DNA of 64,000 nucleotides from Candidatus Dormiibacterota bacterium (GTDB taxonomy: Bacteria > Chloroflexota > Dormibacteria > Aeolococcales > Aeolococcaceae). Both the position numbers and the translations under genes were made by a program. Positions 55,640 through 64,000 of the stretch are shown here, in pieces. The stretch is taken from contig CAVPXI010000007.1 in NCBI GenBank assembly GCA_963709585.1, positions 352,001-416,000 on the forward strand, read 5' to 3'. Within the stretch, counting starts at the first letter, position 1; each line of letters begins with the position of its first letter. A model generated the notes under the pieces. That model saw only the letters and a program-made list of their open reading frames with translations. It had not been told where the DNA came from and did no database searches.

Positions 55640-55667
55640 TCAAGGTACATTTATGGACGCTGGCCTG
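55640..55667 (+). repeat. 28-bp site, copy 2
   Basis: TCAAGGTACAT-TTATGG-ACGCTGGCCTG. Confidence 0.9.
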
Positions 55668-55753
55668 GACCGATGTCCATTCGCCGGACTCGTGCTAAGA
55701 ACCCATGAGATCAGATCGTTGCTACGTAGTGTCGTGGCAGGCAGCCTCGCTCC

Positions 55754-56089
55754 ATGAGATTAGGGCAGGATCGGAACATGGCCAAGGCTGGTGGACCCGA
55801 CAAAGACCGTGGTGGCAAGGTATCGCCGGACGGGTTGTTCATGTGGAACGGTACTGTCTGGCAGCGTTGCGGCGCGGTTCCGGTGAACACGCTAACCAAT
55901 GGGGGGTTCTATTTCGACGGCACCACTTGGATGGCCGTGCCTTCGCCTCCGTCGCCAGTGGCCCCTAGGCATCGTTTTGGACATTTCTCGCCGAGCTGGT
56001 GGTTCATTCCATTGGTGACCGTGGGCGTATTCGTGTTCACCGTCGCCGCGCTCATTCTCTTTGCTCTGTTGAGCCACGCGCACACCTAG
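55754..56089 (+). CDS. Small membrane protein with SPDGxxxWNGxxW-type repeats
   Basis: VSPDGLFMWNGTVW and FYFDGTTW, plus a C-terminal TM segment. Confidence 0.6.
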   Translation: MRLGQDRNMAKAGGPDKDRGGKVSPDGLFMWNGTVWQRCGAVPVNTLTNGGFYFDGTTWMAVPSPPSPVAPRHRFGHFSPSWWFIPLVTVGVFVFTVAALILFALLSHAHT

Positions 56090-56156
56090 AGACCACTGTG
56101 GTCAGCCCGGGCTACGGCCGGTCGCCGACCCCGTGCCTGACGCGTGAACCGAAATC

Positions 56157-56184
56157 TCAAGGTACATTCGCGGATGCTGGCCTG
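56157..56184 (+). repeat. 28-bp site, copy 3
   Basis: TCAAGGTACAT-TCGCGG-ATGCTGGCCTG. Confidence 0.9.
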
Positions 56185-56429
56185 CACGAGGGTGCTCGAG
56201 GCTGAACCTTGACTAAGGTGGTGCAGGACGTTGATGGCGTTCGAATACAGGTCGTAGCCGCGGAACCGTCGACTTCTTGAGGTCGTGGAGGTCACCAGGT
56301 CCATCGAGCAGCCACATAAGCGAGGCCGACAGTCCCGCCCCAAAGCCCCCAACCAGAGCTACTCGCTCTAGGACAACCCGCGGTAAGGCTGGGTGGTGTT
56401 GGGCCAGCGCGTTCAGGAGGCTGAGGGCT

Positions 56430-56960
56430 CTAGCAGCTCCATGTGCCCACGATGTGGAGGAGTGGGGTCGTCGCCCTGAGCGCTGCGAGGTTCGCATCCA
56501 CTGAACCGTGAATGGTTCCAGTGGTGGTCTTCGAGAGGGTAATAGTGCCGCTACTCATGGGGCTATCTTGTCCTGCGGCCCAAGTTTCGGAGTTAGCGGC
56601 AAAGATCGCAACAGATCCCGGAGGTCCCGGCGACTGCAGTTCGCCTGCCAGGGGGAGCTTGAACGTCCCCACTCCGCCAAGAAATTTGAGCGCGACGTCC
56701 GTCGATCCAGCGCTGAAGTCAACCGTACCGGTGAGTTCCAGGTCGGCAGGTGGTGGCGATGCCAGCCCGGTAGATATGTCGACGATGGAACAACCGGTGC
56801 CGGCCTTCTGCGTGCCAGCGGTCACCGTACGGGTTATGGCTCCGGAAAGCGTCAGTGAACCCTGCGCAACTCTCGCTGCCGGGGTTGCCGATCCACAACT
56901 TGTCCCCACGAGAAGGGACGCGAGGACGACGCCCGTTCGTACTGCTCGGATCAGGCCCAT
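56430..56960 (-). CDS. Putative lipoprotein
   Basis: Signal peptide ending LLVGTSC; Ser/Thr/Gly-rich, beta-type body. Confidence 0.65.
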   Translation of the reverse strand: MGLIRAVRTGVVLASLLVGTSCGSATPAARVAQGSLTLSGAITRTVTAGTQKAGTGCSIVDISTGLASPPPADLELTGTVDFSAGSTDVALKFLGGVGTFKLPLAGELQSPGPPGSVAIFAANSETWAAGQDSPMSSGTITLSKTTTGTIHGSVDANLAALRATTPLLHIVGTWSC

Positions 56961-57038
56961 TTCAACACCAGCATACGAAGATCATCCAGGGGCGACAACG
57001 ACAGCGACACATGAGTCGCCGGGTCCGACCGGAACAGC

Positions 57039-57066
57039 TCAAGGGACATTGGCGTGTACTGGCCTG
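57039..57066 (+). repeat. 28-bp site, copy 4
   Basis: TCAAGGGACAT-TGGCGT-GTACTGGCCTG. Confidence 0.85.
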
Positions 57067-57226
57067 AGCCACGCACCCATGCCTAGATCGGGTCGGACGA
57101 CCTGCTAGCCCGGGCCTCTCCCGCGCCTGAAGATCGTCGCCATCGGTTCGCCGCCCTTACTCTCCCCGGCATTGCACCCCTTGTCGCGGGACACGGCATC
57201 GCCGAAGCTTTCATCGCATGGTTCGG

Positions 57227-57689
57227 CTACTTCAAGAGGTGCACGAGTGTCGTCTCAGTGGCGACTGGATCCGGCGTCGGATCTCCGTAGATCTCCCAGG
57301 AGAGCCCAGCTCGACTCCCTCCGGTTCGCGGCCATCCATTTATCGATCGCGTTGTATGCCTCGTTCATGCGGTTGTACGGCCCGCGGTGGACGGCTACGG
57401 CAGCTTCCCCTCCTGGTGCTTCGGTCGCGTAGACCTCGCCCACGGTCTCAAATGTGCGCGTGACTTCGACGCCGAAGTCGCACACGATCGGCGCGCCCGG
57501 CTGCTTCGAATCCTGGTAGAGGAATATGTTGTGGCCGTCAGTCCACAGCCCCGGCTGACTGCGAATGAAGTCCCAGACCTTGCCCAGCGCTGGCCCCCAC
57601 GCCGAGCCAATCTCGTCCGGCGCAACCTCGCGACGCACGGCGGCCAACTTGCGGGGCTGAACAGTCTGTACGTCGACTGAGACCAGCAT
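57227..57689 (-). CDS. GyrI-like small-molecule-binding protein (apparent +1 indel near 57311)
   Basis: LAAVRREV, AVAVHRGPY; SAGLSWEIYGDP..TETTLVHLLK is restored by removing one base next to GAGTC. Confidence 0.8.
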
Positions 57690-57759
57690 TCCACGATCGT
57701 AAACAAGCCGAGGCGGATAAGGAGCTCTCACCGTCGACACCGGACTGACCCCCGGTCAC

Positions 57760-57787
57760 TCAAGGTACATTCCCGGACGCTGGCCTG
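57760..57787 (+). repeat. 28-bp site, copy 5
   Basis: TCAAGGTACAT-TCCCGG-ACGCTGGCCTG. Confidence 0.9.
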
Positions 57788-57923
57788 GTCTGCCGAGGTC
57801 ACGCTCGGGACTGGCGCTGGGATCGCGTCGCCGCATCCGTGTGAACTCGATCTTCTCGCGAACCAACACCGTCAGCGACTCCCCGCAAAAGAGCGATGCA
57901 TCCGAGCTGGTCGGGATCAGAGG

Positions 57924-58103
57924 TCAGCCATTGGCGGCGTTGCGCTGGATCGTGGACGGAATCAGCGGGTCCGGTAACTGGGGTCCACGGAGTTCCACCA
58001 CTGGGCCGCCTGCGTCGTGTCGCCGGCGGTAGCGGGAGTCCGATACCTCACCGAGAATGATGATGGCAAGCACTAACCCGATCGCGCTCGCGACGACAAG
58101 CAT
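57924..58103 (-). CDS. Small membrane protein (59 aa)
   Basis: GGAGG RBS; MLVVASAIGLVLAIIILGEVSDSRYRRR... Confidence 0.5.
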   Translation of the reverse strand: MLVVASAIGLVLAIIILGEVSDSRYRRRHDAGGPVVELRGPQLPDPLIPSTIQRNAANG

Positions 58104-58345
58104 GCCTAGCCTCCAGCATCCTGCTTACAGATCGGTCGTCCTATACCCCAGCACACCATAGGGTCATCCTCCGCCGTTTCTGTCGCGCATGCAAGCAGAA
58201 GCGAATCGAGCACCCAGGAGGATCAGCTGACATGCCGACTTCGTAGCTCGTGATCGTGAGCTGCGTCGAGGCGCTGAGTATCCGAACGGCGAGGCGGCGA
58301 GGAGAGTAAGTGTTGAGCTTTCGGGCCGAACGGTCTATCTCCCCC

Positions 58346-58373
58346 TCAAGGTACATTGGCGGATACTCGCCTG
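58346..58373 (+). repeat. 28-bp site, copy 6
   Basis: TCAAGGTACAT-TGGCGG-ATACTCGCCTG. Confidence 0.9.
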
Positions 58374-58422
58374 CACGACCTTTATCTCACCGCATGCGGG
58401 CCCCAGCACGAGGCGGGGCCAC

Positions 58423-58833
58423 CTACGGCTCCGTGATCTGGAGACTCACGGTGACGGTGGCTCCGTTGTTGACCGTCACGGTGGCGCTATAACGACCCGG
58501 TTCCTCCTGCTGCGGCGCGGAGACAGTGTAGGTTCCGGGCGACAGGTCGAATTCAAAGACGCCGCTGGCGTTCGTCGTTGCCGTGCCGGCCACCGTTCCA
58601 TCGGGACGCGTTGCGGTGATGGCCGCGTTCTTCTCCACTTGGAAATAGCCGGAGGGGCACGGAGACCGTCCCATGCAGGTGGGAACGGGTCCGGCGGTGA
58701 GGGTGAAGGTTCCGTGGATGTGGCCCTCAGCCGTAGGTCCGGTCGACGGCGGACTCGCAGTCGAGGATACCGAGCTGGCGCACCCGGTGACCGCTATTGC
58801 TATGACGGCGAGACTCAGCCGTAGGCGTTGCAC
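58423..58833 (-). CDS. Lipoprotein with a carboxypeptidase-regulatory-like domain
   Basis: Lipobox AVTGC; TTNASGVFEFDLSPGTYTVSA; GGGAG RBS. Confidence 0.75.
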   Translation of the reverse strand: MQRLRLSLAVIAIAVTGCASSVSSTASPPSTGPTAEGHIHGTFTLTAGPVPTCMGRSPCPSGYFQVEKNAAITATRPDGTVAGTATTNASGVFEFDLSPGTYTVSAPQQEEPGRYSATVTVNNGATVTVSLQITEP

Positions 58834-58930
58834 TCAATAACTCCCTGACACGGCCCGAACGGGGATCTTGCCCAGGCGGCAATGGAAGCAGCCCAGGTTA
58901 TTCGGCTTAGGTCCGGGCGCAAAGCTTAGC

Positions 58931-58958
58931 TCTGGCGACATTAGCGACTGCTCGCCTG
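58931..58958 (+). repeat. 28-bp site, copy 7
   Basis: TCTGGCGACAT-TAGCGA-CTGCTCGCCTG. Confidence 0.75.
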
Positions 58959-58999
58959 AGCCTCCCTCTTTGTGCCTGATGCGCGGACCGACCAACGGG

Positions 59000-59236
59000 C
59001 TAAAGCGGCGTTCCCCTTTGCGCCCACCCGGGTCCGTCGGTAGTGACCGAAACCTTCACGCCAAGCAGGCTCATGAGAGCTCGAGTGGCTCGCTCTTCGT
59101 CCATGTTTGCGGCCGCGTGTGTGGCCACGATGAATACCCACTCGTCCTCCCCGTCATGCAGCCAGCGGACCGGTCCGGACACACCATTCTCGATCAGCAG
59201 CGCGCGAGCAGTTGCGAGAAGATCGGATTGAGCCAT
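59000..59236 (-). CDS. Small hypothetical protein (78 aa)
   Basis: Single ORF filling the 341-bp module between sites 7 and 8. Confidence 0.55.
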   Translation of the reverse strand: MAQSDLLATARALLIENGVSGPVRWLHDGEDEWVFIVATHAAANMDEERATRALMSLLGVKVSVTTDGPGWAQRGTPL

Positions 59237-59271
59237 CCGGGACAGAATACGCACTCCCACCTAAACGATCC

Positions 59272-59299
59272 TCGAGGTACATTCCCGGATGCTGGCCTG
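59272..59299 (+). repeat. 28-bp site, copy 8
   Basis: TCGAGGTACAT-TCCCGG-ATGCTGGCCTG. Confidence 0.9.
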
Positions 59300-59335
59300 G
59301 CTCAGGGCTCCAGTCTCCGGACGCCGGAGTGCAGC

Positions 59336-60082
59336 TCAGTTACTCGAGGGCAGCAACGACCAGCAGAGGGGTTCGCCATCTGTGCCGACCGGCGGAGCCC
59401 CGGCGTCGCTAGCGGAGACGTTGGTGGGCGGACCTGATGCCGGAGGCACGATGACTACCTCCGTTCCGCCTGAGGGTGCCGGTCCGATCGCTGACGCCGG
59501 CCGAACGTATGGTGGCATCGAGCGGAGATAGCCTTGGAGATCTGTAGCTGGCACCATGACAACATCCACTGAGGCGTACTGGGTGGCCACTCCGCCTGCC
59601 GCGGCTGAGACGAATTTCCCGTGCAAATCGACAACGTACCAATGACCGATCGCTCCCGACGGACCGGAGAAGGTCCCGCAATCAGCGGGGTTACCGGTCT
59701 GCCAGGCATTGGAGATCGCGTCCCAGAACTCTTGATCGGTGACGTACTTCACCTCCACGGAGTCGACGCGCTGCACAATTTCCGGGTCGTGTTGAAACAG
59801 CGCTTGAAGCGCGGCTTCGACGAGTGGCGGCTCTGTTGGCAGAGAGGCCAGACGCACGCTGCTGGTCGGATTGGTCGGCGCTGACCGCCCAACCGCGAAT
59901 CCCGTCCCGGCGCTCGCGGCAAGAGCGAAGACGATGACCGCAACCACGGCGGCGGAGCGGCGCCCGCGGGGACGCTTGACTCGACTGGGCTCAGGCTGAG
60001 ACTCGCCTATGTCCTGCGCCGCATGTTGGAGGAGCCTGCGTATGCGAGCCTCCTCGATTTCGATGGTTCCTTGATCGTCCAT
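59336..60082 (-). CDS. Putative membrane anti-sigma factor
   Basis: AGGAG RBS; EARIRRLLQHAA N-terminus and one TM segment; immediately downstream of the ECF sigma gene. Confidence 0.6.
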   Translation of the reverse strand: MDDQGTIEIEEARIRRLLQHAAQDIGESQPEPSRVKRPRGRRSAAVVAVIVFALAASAGTGFAVGRSAPTNPTSSVRLASLPTEPPLVEAALQALFQHDPEIVQRVDSVEVKYVTDQEFWDAISNAWQTGNPADCGTFSGPSGAIGHWYVVDLHGKFVSAAAGGVATQYASVDVVMVPATDLQGYLRSMPPYVRPASAIGPAPSGGTEVVIVPPASGPPTNVSASDAGAPPVGTDGEPLCWSLLPSSN

Positions 60083-60093
60083 TTCACGCTCTC

Positions 60094-60642
60094 CTAACTT
60101 GCGTCGATGAGGGAACGGAGCCGGCGGCGTCCCTCCCGTAATTGGTTCTCCACAGTCTTTGGCGTACAGCCGAGCGCCTCCGCGACCGACGCCGTGCTCT
60201 GGTCTTCGAGGTAGGCGAGCACAACGCACATCCGCATTCGCGGCGGCAGTCGCTTTAGTGCGCGGACGATGTCGAGCGTCTCAGCACGCCCCTCAGGCTC
60301 AGCCGAGCTCGCCGCCAAGAGGCGGAGTCGGTCGATCTGCATTCGCATCCGCCGGCGCTGCCGCGTGGCGAGGCGAATCGCGACCATCCGGAGCCAGGGC
60401 CACGCCGGGGTACGCAGGTATCCGGGGTGCTCCCTTTCCTGCCGAAGCGCCTCGACGAAGACGGACTGACAGAGATCTTCGCCGGTACTGAGATCGCCGG
60501 TGATCAGCGTTGCAAATGCCCGGAGCCGCCTCCACTCGTCGGCGTAGATCTCCCGGATTCGCTCGCCCGGCTCCATCAATACCTCTAGCGGCGGCTGCTC
60601 TTCAGGGGAGCTGATCGGCAACCGCTCGTGCATGAACGTCAT
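60094..60642 (-). CDS. ECF (SigE-type) RNA polymerase sigma factor
   Basis: LITGDLSTGEDLCQ, WLRMVAIR, LKRLPPRMRMCVVLAYLED..VAEALGCTPKTV. Confidence 0.85.
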   Translation of the reverse strand: MTFMHERLPISSPEEQPPLEVLMEPGERIREIYADEWRRLRAFATLITGDLSTGEDLCQSVFVEALRQEREHPGYLRTPAWPWLRMVAIRLATRQRRRMRMQIDRLRLLAASSAEPEGRAETLDIVRALKRLPPRMRMCVVLAYLEDQSTASVAEALGCTPKTVENQLREGRRRLRSLIDAS

Positions 60643-60897
60643 GTTCTCTTCTATGCACGGGCGACGCGAAAACCCCTAGAGACACGCAGTTCGACTTCGT
60701 AGTCCGCCACCTAGACCTCCTGTCGTCATGCGAGAGAGAGTGCGCTGAATCGCCACCGCCTGACCTCTGGCGTGGTTACGTCAGGGAGCATGGACGCGGA
60801 CGGTCATCGACCGAATCGGCTCGCCGATTGGGGTCCAGGTGATTGACAACTCAGCGCCGAGCATCATCTAGTCCAGAGGCAGGCTGAACCGAGTTCC

Positions 60898-60925
60898 TCT
60901 AGTGACATTTGCGGATGCTCGCCTG
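60898..60925 (+). repeat. 28-bp site, copy 9
   Basis: TCTAGTGACAT-TTGCGG-ATGCTCGCCTG. Confidence 0.85.
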
Positions 60926-60974
60926 AGCGAGGGTCGCCTTCACATGCACGGGGCCGTGCGGCAATACTGCCCTC

Positions 60975-61535
60975 ATGCGGATGCGCCACCTGAGGGTTCG
61001 GGGATTCACGGCTTTCGCCCTTATCCTGACCTTCGCCGGGTGCACGTCGGCGCCTCGGCCATCTCCGACGCCTAGCGCCCCGGTCCCGGCGAGCATTCAA
61101 GCGAACGGCATCGTCGCTCCGTGTCTTCCTGGTGACGTGAGCCTCACCACGACGGCGAAGCCGGTCGCCCCGCCAAGGACAACCGGAGTAGTGATCACCA
61201 CCACCTTGCTCAACCGAAGGGACTTCGCTTGCGCGCTTGCTATGCTGATATGCCCGCATGGTGATCTTTATGCGGAGGTGGTCAATGCGGTCGGCGCCAT
61301 TGTGTGGTCGCCGGGGTACGCCGTCGGCTGTCCACCGCAGCCCCGTCTAGCGGCGGACATCGTCGCACCGCATTCGTCCGTCAAAGTGACCCAGGTGTGG
61401 GGCGACACGTATTGCGGGCCGGCCTACGGCTGCGGGCCTTCGACAAAGGCCGCCGCGCCCGGGATGTACCGTGCTCGAGGAATCTCCGACACTGTCGGCG
61501 TCGGCAGCCAGAGTGCACCCTTCACCGTTCCATGA
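60975..61535 (+). CDS. Putative Cys-rich lipoprotein
   Basis: Lipobox TFAGC, Pro-rich linker, AAPGMYRA. Confidence 0.65.
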   Translation: MRMRHLRVRGFTAFALILTFAGCTSAPRPSPTPSAPVPASIQANGIVAPCLPGDVSLTTTAKPVAPPRTTGVVITTTLLNRRDFACALAMLICPHGDLYAEVVNAVGAIVWSPGYAVGCPPQPRLAADIVAPHSSVKVTQVWGDTYCGPAYGCGPSTKAAAPGMYRARGISDTVGVGSQSAPFTVP

Positions 61536-61565
61536 ACCTGGAGGCCGTATTTAGCTTGTCGCGCG

Positions 61566-62198
61566 CTACCCAGCTGCGCCCTGATACTCGAAATCAGTGG
61601 CGAAGCCGCAGCGCTCGTGCAGATCCCAAAGAAGTGGCGGGTCATTCACCCGCAGCTCGTCGGCGACCACCTCCTGGCCCGGTCGATCCAATCCAGGGAT
61701 GCCACAAGCGACCGGCGCGGACGCCTCCACCGGAACTGTCGCCGACACACTGACGAACGTGGCGGCCCTGATGAACCATCGCCGAGGAACATGCGACAAG
61801 CGAATTCGAGCACGACGAACGTCGTGCACGATGCCGATGGCTCGAGCGAAGTTTTCCAGCGCTGTGCCTCCCGCCCGGCCGAGGAAGATCGAAGTCAGCG
61901 AACCGTACTGCGCGTCGCTGGCATCGTCGCCGATGTACAGGCTGACCCGCCAAGGCGAGCTCGGTTCATCGTCGTCGTACCAGCCGGCCAGGACGACGTC
62001 AAGATCGCTGAGGATGACGTCGTCCGCCCGGCCCTCGTTGATGTGCCAGGAAAGGGCGAACTGACAGATGCCGTGCGTCGAGCGACCGCCTGGGCGATCG
62101 CCGACGGTGCGACACGGGCAGATGGCGTCGCAGTTGCACGCTTCGAAGTAGCTGCCGCTCAGGTGCCATGAAGTCGGCGGCAATGACAAGGAGCTCAC
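61566..62198 (-). CDS. DUF1326 family protein
   Basis: WHLSGSYFEACNCDAICPC motif. Confidence 0.8.
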   Translation of the reverse strand: MSSLSLPPTSWHLSGSYFEACNCDAICPCRTVGDRPGGRSTHGICQFALSWHINEGRADDVILSDLDVVLAGWYDDDEPSSPWRVSLYIGDDASDAQYGSLTSIFLGRAGGTALENFARAIGIVHDVRRARIRLSHVPRRWFIRAATFVSVSATVPVEASAPVACGIPGLDRPGQEVVADELRVNDPPLLWDLHERCGFATDFEYQGAAG

Positions 62199-63424
62199 GT
62201 CGCCTGCCTTCGCGACACCATGTGCTCCGCCAACACGGCGGCGTCCTCGGCGACGCCAAAGAGCGTGGCTGATTTCCGTTTGCGCTGAAAGTGAACGCCC
62301 ATGAAGTGAAGCCCGGAAACGATCGTGCTCGAGCCGTCGACCTGGATGGGGAATCCGCTTTCGTCGAACGCGTTGGGCGCTGCGACCCAGCTTGTGTAGT
62401 CGGGTCGGAACCCGGTCGTAAAGATCACCGCGCCAAGGCGGGCCAGGTCAAGGCTCTCGGGCGGGTTGGCCTCAAACGCCTGGGGGTCCGGCATCGCCAG
62501 CGCCGGCACGGAACGGGCTTCGCAGTTAGCCGCGATGAGATCTCGGACGTCGGCGTAGCGAGCATCGCCAAACGCTACTGATGCGTGGAGGTCGCGGGCG
62601 AAGTGGACGCGCCCGTCCTCGACGCCCGCGAATCGCCCGACGAGTTCGACCCCGAGCGCCTGGAGCGTCCGATAGTTGAGATCGCGCCCGCCTCCATGGC
62701 CCGTAAATTGCGGGTTCGAGAGGAACCGAGCGCTCGGACTGGGCAACTCGTCGAGGCGAGTCTCGTAGAAGTCGCTGTCGAGAATCCAGCTCAGGACGTC
62801 ACGACCCTCGATTCGGCGAGGCACCCACGGAGCGCGGCCGCACGCGAGGTATACGTTTCGTCCGGCCTCGAAACACTCTTCGGCGAGTTGGCAGCCGGTC
62901 TGTCCGCTGCCGACGACCAAGACATCCCCTCCTGGGAGCGCGCCCGGGTTGGTATAACCCTCCACATCGATCGTCAGGACCGAATCCACCGGCATCTCAT
63001 GTGCCGCGGCCGGCCGGTAGGCGCGCTGATACCCCCCAGAAGCCAGCACCACCTCACGGGCTCGGATCTCGACGTTCGACGTCCGAAGCGTGAACGTGCC
63101 GTCTTCGCGTGGTTCGATCGCCGTCACCTCCACGCCTGCTCGGATGGGTGCGCTGAAGCTCCGAGCGTAGCGATTTAGGTATTTGACAATCTCATCCTTC
63201 GGCATGAACCCATCAGGGTCATCACCGTCGTAGCGCGAACCCGGAAGGTGGACGGTCCAGTTGGGGACCACCAAACGGAAGCTGTCCCACCTACGCTGCC
63301 AGGACTCGCCTATGGACCCGCGTTCGAGTACGACGTGCTCAATCGCGGCATGCGTCAGCTCGTGGCTCAGAGACAGGCCAGCCTGGCCCGCACCGACGAT
63401 CGCCACATCCACTGCTTCAACCAT
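62195..63424 (-). CDS. Flavin-dependent monooxygenase (CzcO/TrkA-like NAD(P)/FAD oxidoreductase)
   Basis: GAGQAG, RWDSF, VVGSGQTG, FTTGFRPD; 4-bp overlap with the DUF1326 gene. Confidence 0.85.
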   Translation of the reverse strand: MVEAVDVAIVGAGQAGLSLSHELTHAAIEHVVLERGSIGESWQRRWDSFRLVVPNWTVHLPGSRYDGDDPDGFMPKDEIVKYLNRYARSFSAPIRAGVEVTAIEPREDGTFTLRTSNVEIRAREVVLASGGYQRAYRPAAAHEMPVDSVLTIDVEGYTNPGALPGGDVLVVGSGQTGCQLAEECFEAGRNVYLACGRAPWVPRRIEGRDVLSWILDSDFYETRLDELPSPSARFLSNPQFTGHGGGRDLNYRTLQALGVELVGRFAGVEDGRVHFARDLHASVAFGDARYADVRDLIAANCEARSVPALAMPDPQAFEANPPESLDLARLGAVIFTTGFRPDYTSWVAAPNAFDESGFPIQVDGSSTIVSGLHFMGVHFQRKRKSATLFGVAEDAAVLAEHMVSRRQAT

Positions 63425-63587
63425 TGGTCTCCCGCACGCGAAGAGTTTGCCTCGTCGACACGAGGCGCGGTCGGCGTTGTAGTCCCTCAACGATACTGAG
63501 GTTCGCCTCCCGCTCCCACTCCCACGGCCCGCCGAATCGGGTCAGGCTCACCCTCCGCCACCTAATGCGAAATCGAGTGCGCCACGA

Positions 63588-64000
63588 TCATGCGTGGAAG
63601 GCAAAGGTCTGTACGAACTGATCCACCTGCGCCGCTGTTGCCGTCTTTGCCCCGGCGACTCCACCAACTATCGCGAGGATGTAGTACGTCCGACCGCCCG
63701 CAGCGACGTCGTATTCCACTTGGAGTGATCCGGACCCCATCCCCTCAGTCTGATCTCCCGAGAGTCGCGTGCTACTGACGCCATTCACGTCGACTGTCGT
63801 CATTTGCACGTTGCTGTATAGAGATCTGTTTGTCGATATGAGTGAGATGCCTGCAGGCGGAGCCGTCCCGGCGACGGATTCAACGAAGATCCCGATCTGA
63901 CCGTCTCCTAGGGGACAACTCGTGTAGAGCCCACCCGAATCGATCAAGAGCCAACTCGCGCTCACATTGTCGCAATACACCTTCCAGCTTGGAGGCAGGT
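63588..64000 (-). CDS. Putative secreted protein (5' end outside the window)
   Basis: Open frame reaching the window edge, ending VDQFVQTFAFHA; Ser/Thr/Gly-rich. Confidence 0.5.
   Translation of the reverse strand, partial: LPPSWKVYCDNVSASWLLIDSGGLYTSCPLGDGQIGIFVESVAGTAPPAGISLISTNRSLYSNVQMTTVDVNGVSSTRLSGDQTEGMGSGSLQVEYDVAAGGRTYYILAIVGGVAGAKTATAAQVDQFVQTFAFHA

Noticed and set aside
53810-60925. 28-bp repeats as a CRISPR array
   Set aside because: Intervals are 0.3-1.8 kb and contain genes, the repeats are degenerate, and there are no cas genes.
53810-60925. Classical integron attC array or canonical dif/pdif sites
   Set aside because: No RYYYAAC/GTTRRRY boxes or long hairpins, genes point both ways, no intI, and no TTATGTTAAAT-like XerD arm.
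53810-60925. Repeat as a conserved coding peptide (QASIRxC on minus, HxRxLA on plus)
   Set aside because: Some variation looks synonymous, but copies contain in-frame stops and lie between genes; origin from a gene end cannot be excluded.
63486-63512. Further copy of the 28-bp site near 63.5 kb
   Set aside because: TCAACGATACTGAGGTTCGCCTC lacks the invariant ACATT and the correct spacing.

Overview
High-GC bacterial chromosomal window; gene content (GlgE pathway, MDMPI paralogs, B12-dependent RNR) suggests a soil Terrabacteria lineage such as Actinomycetota, Chloroflexota or Dormibacterota (inference). The first ~52.8 kb is mostly housekeeping: aldehyde dehydrogenase, nrdJ with tandem NrdR boxes, queC, rplY, cobB-like, recJ, lemA, acnA, ccdA/DipZ-like, glgE-treS-mak-glgB, purM-purN-purH and a GltD-like/korA/korB cluster. 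It also carries an orphan PrgI-CpaE fusion plus VirB4 pair and a merR-trx-merB mini-operon. Main finding: from ~52.8 to 61 kb, nine clear and two degenerate copies of a 28-bp site (consensus TCAAGGTACAT-TNNCGG-ATGCTSGCCTG, 16 of 28 positions invariant in the nine) lie in direct orientation. They divide the region into 0.3-1.8 kb modules of 1-3 small unrelated genes, resembling a non-integron gene-cassette array; no recombinase is in the window. Second finding: eight apparent frameshifts are all single-base insertions in or next to GAGTC/GACTC, most likely a sequencing-error signature of a host DNA modification at GASTC.
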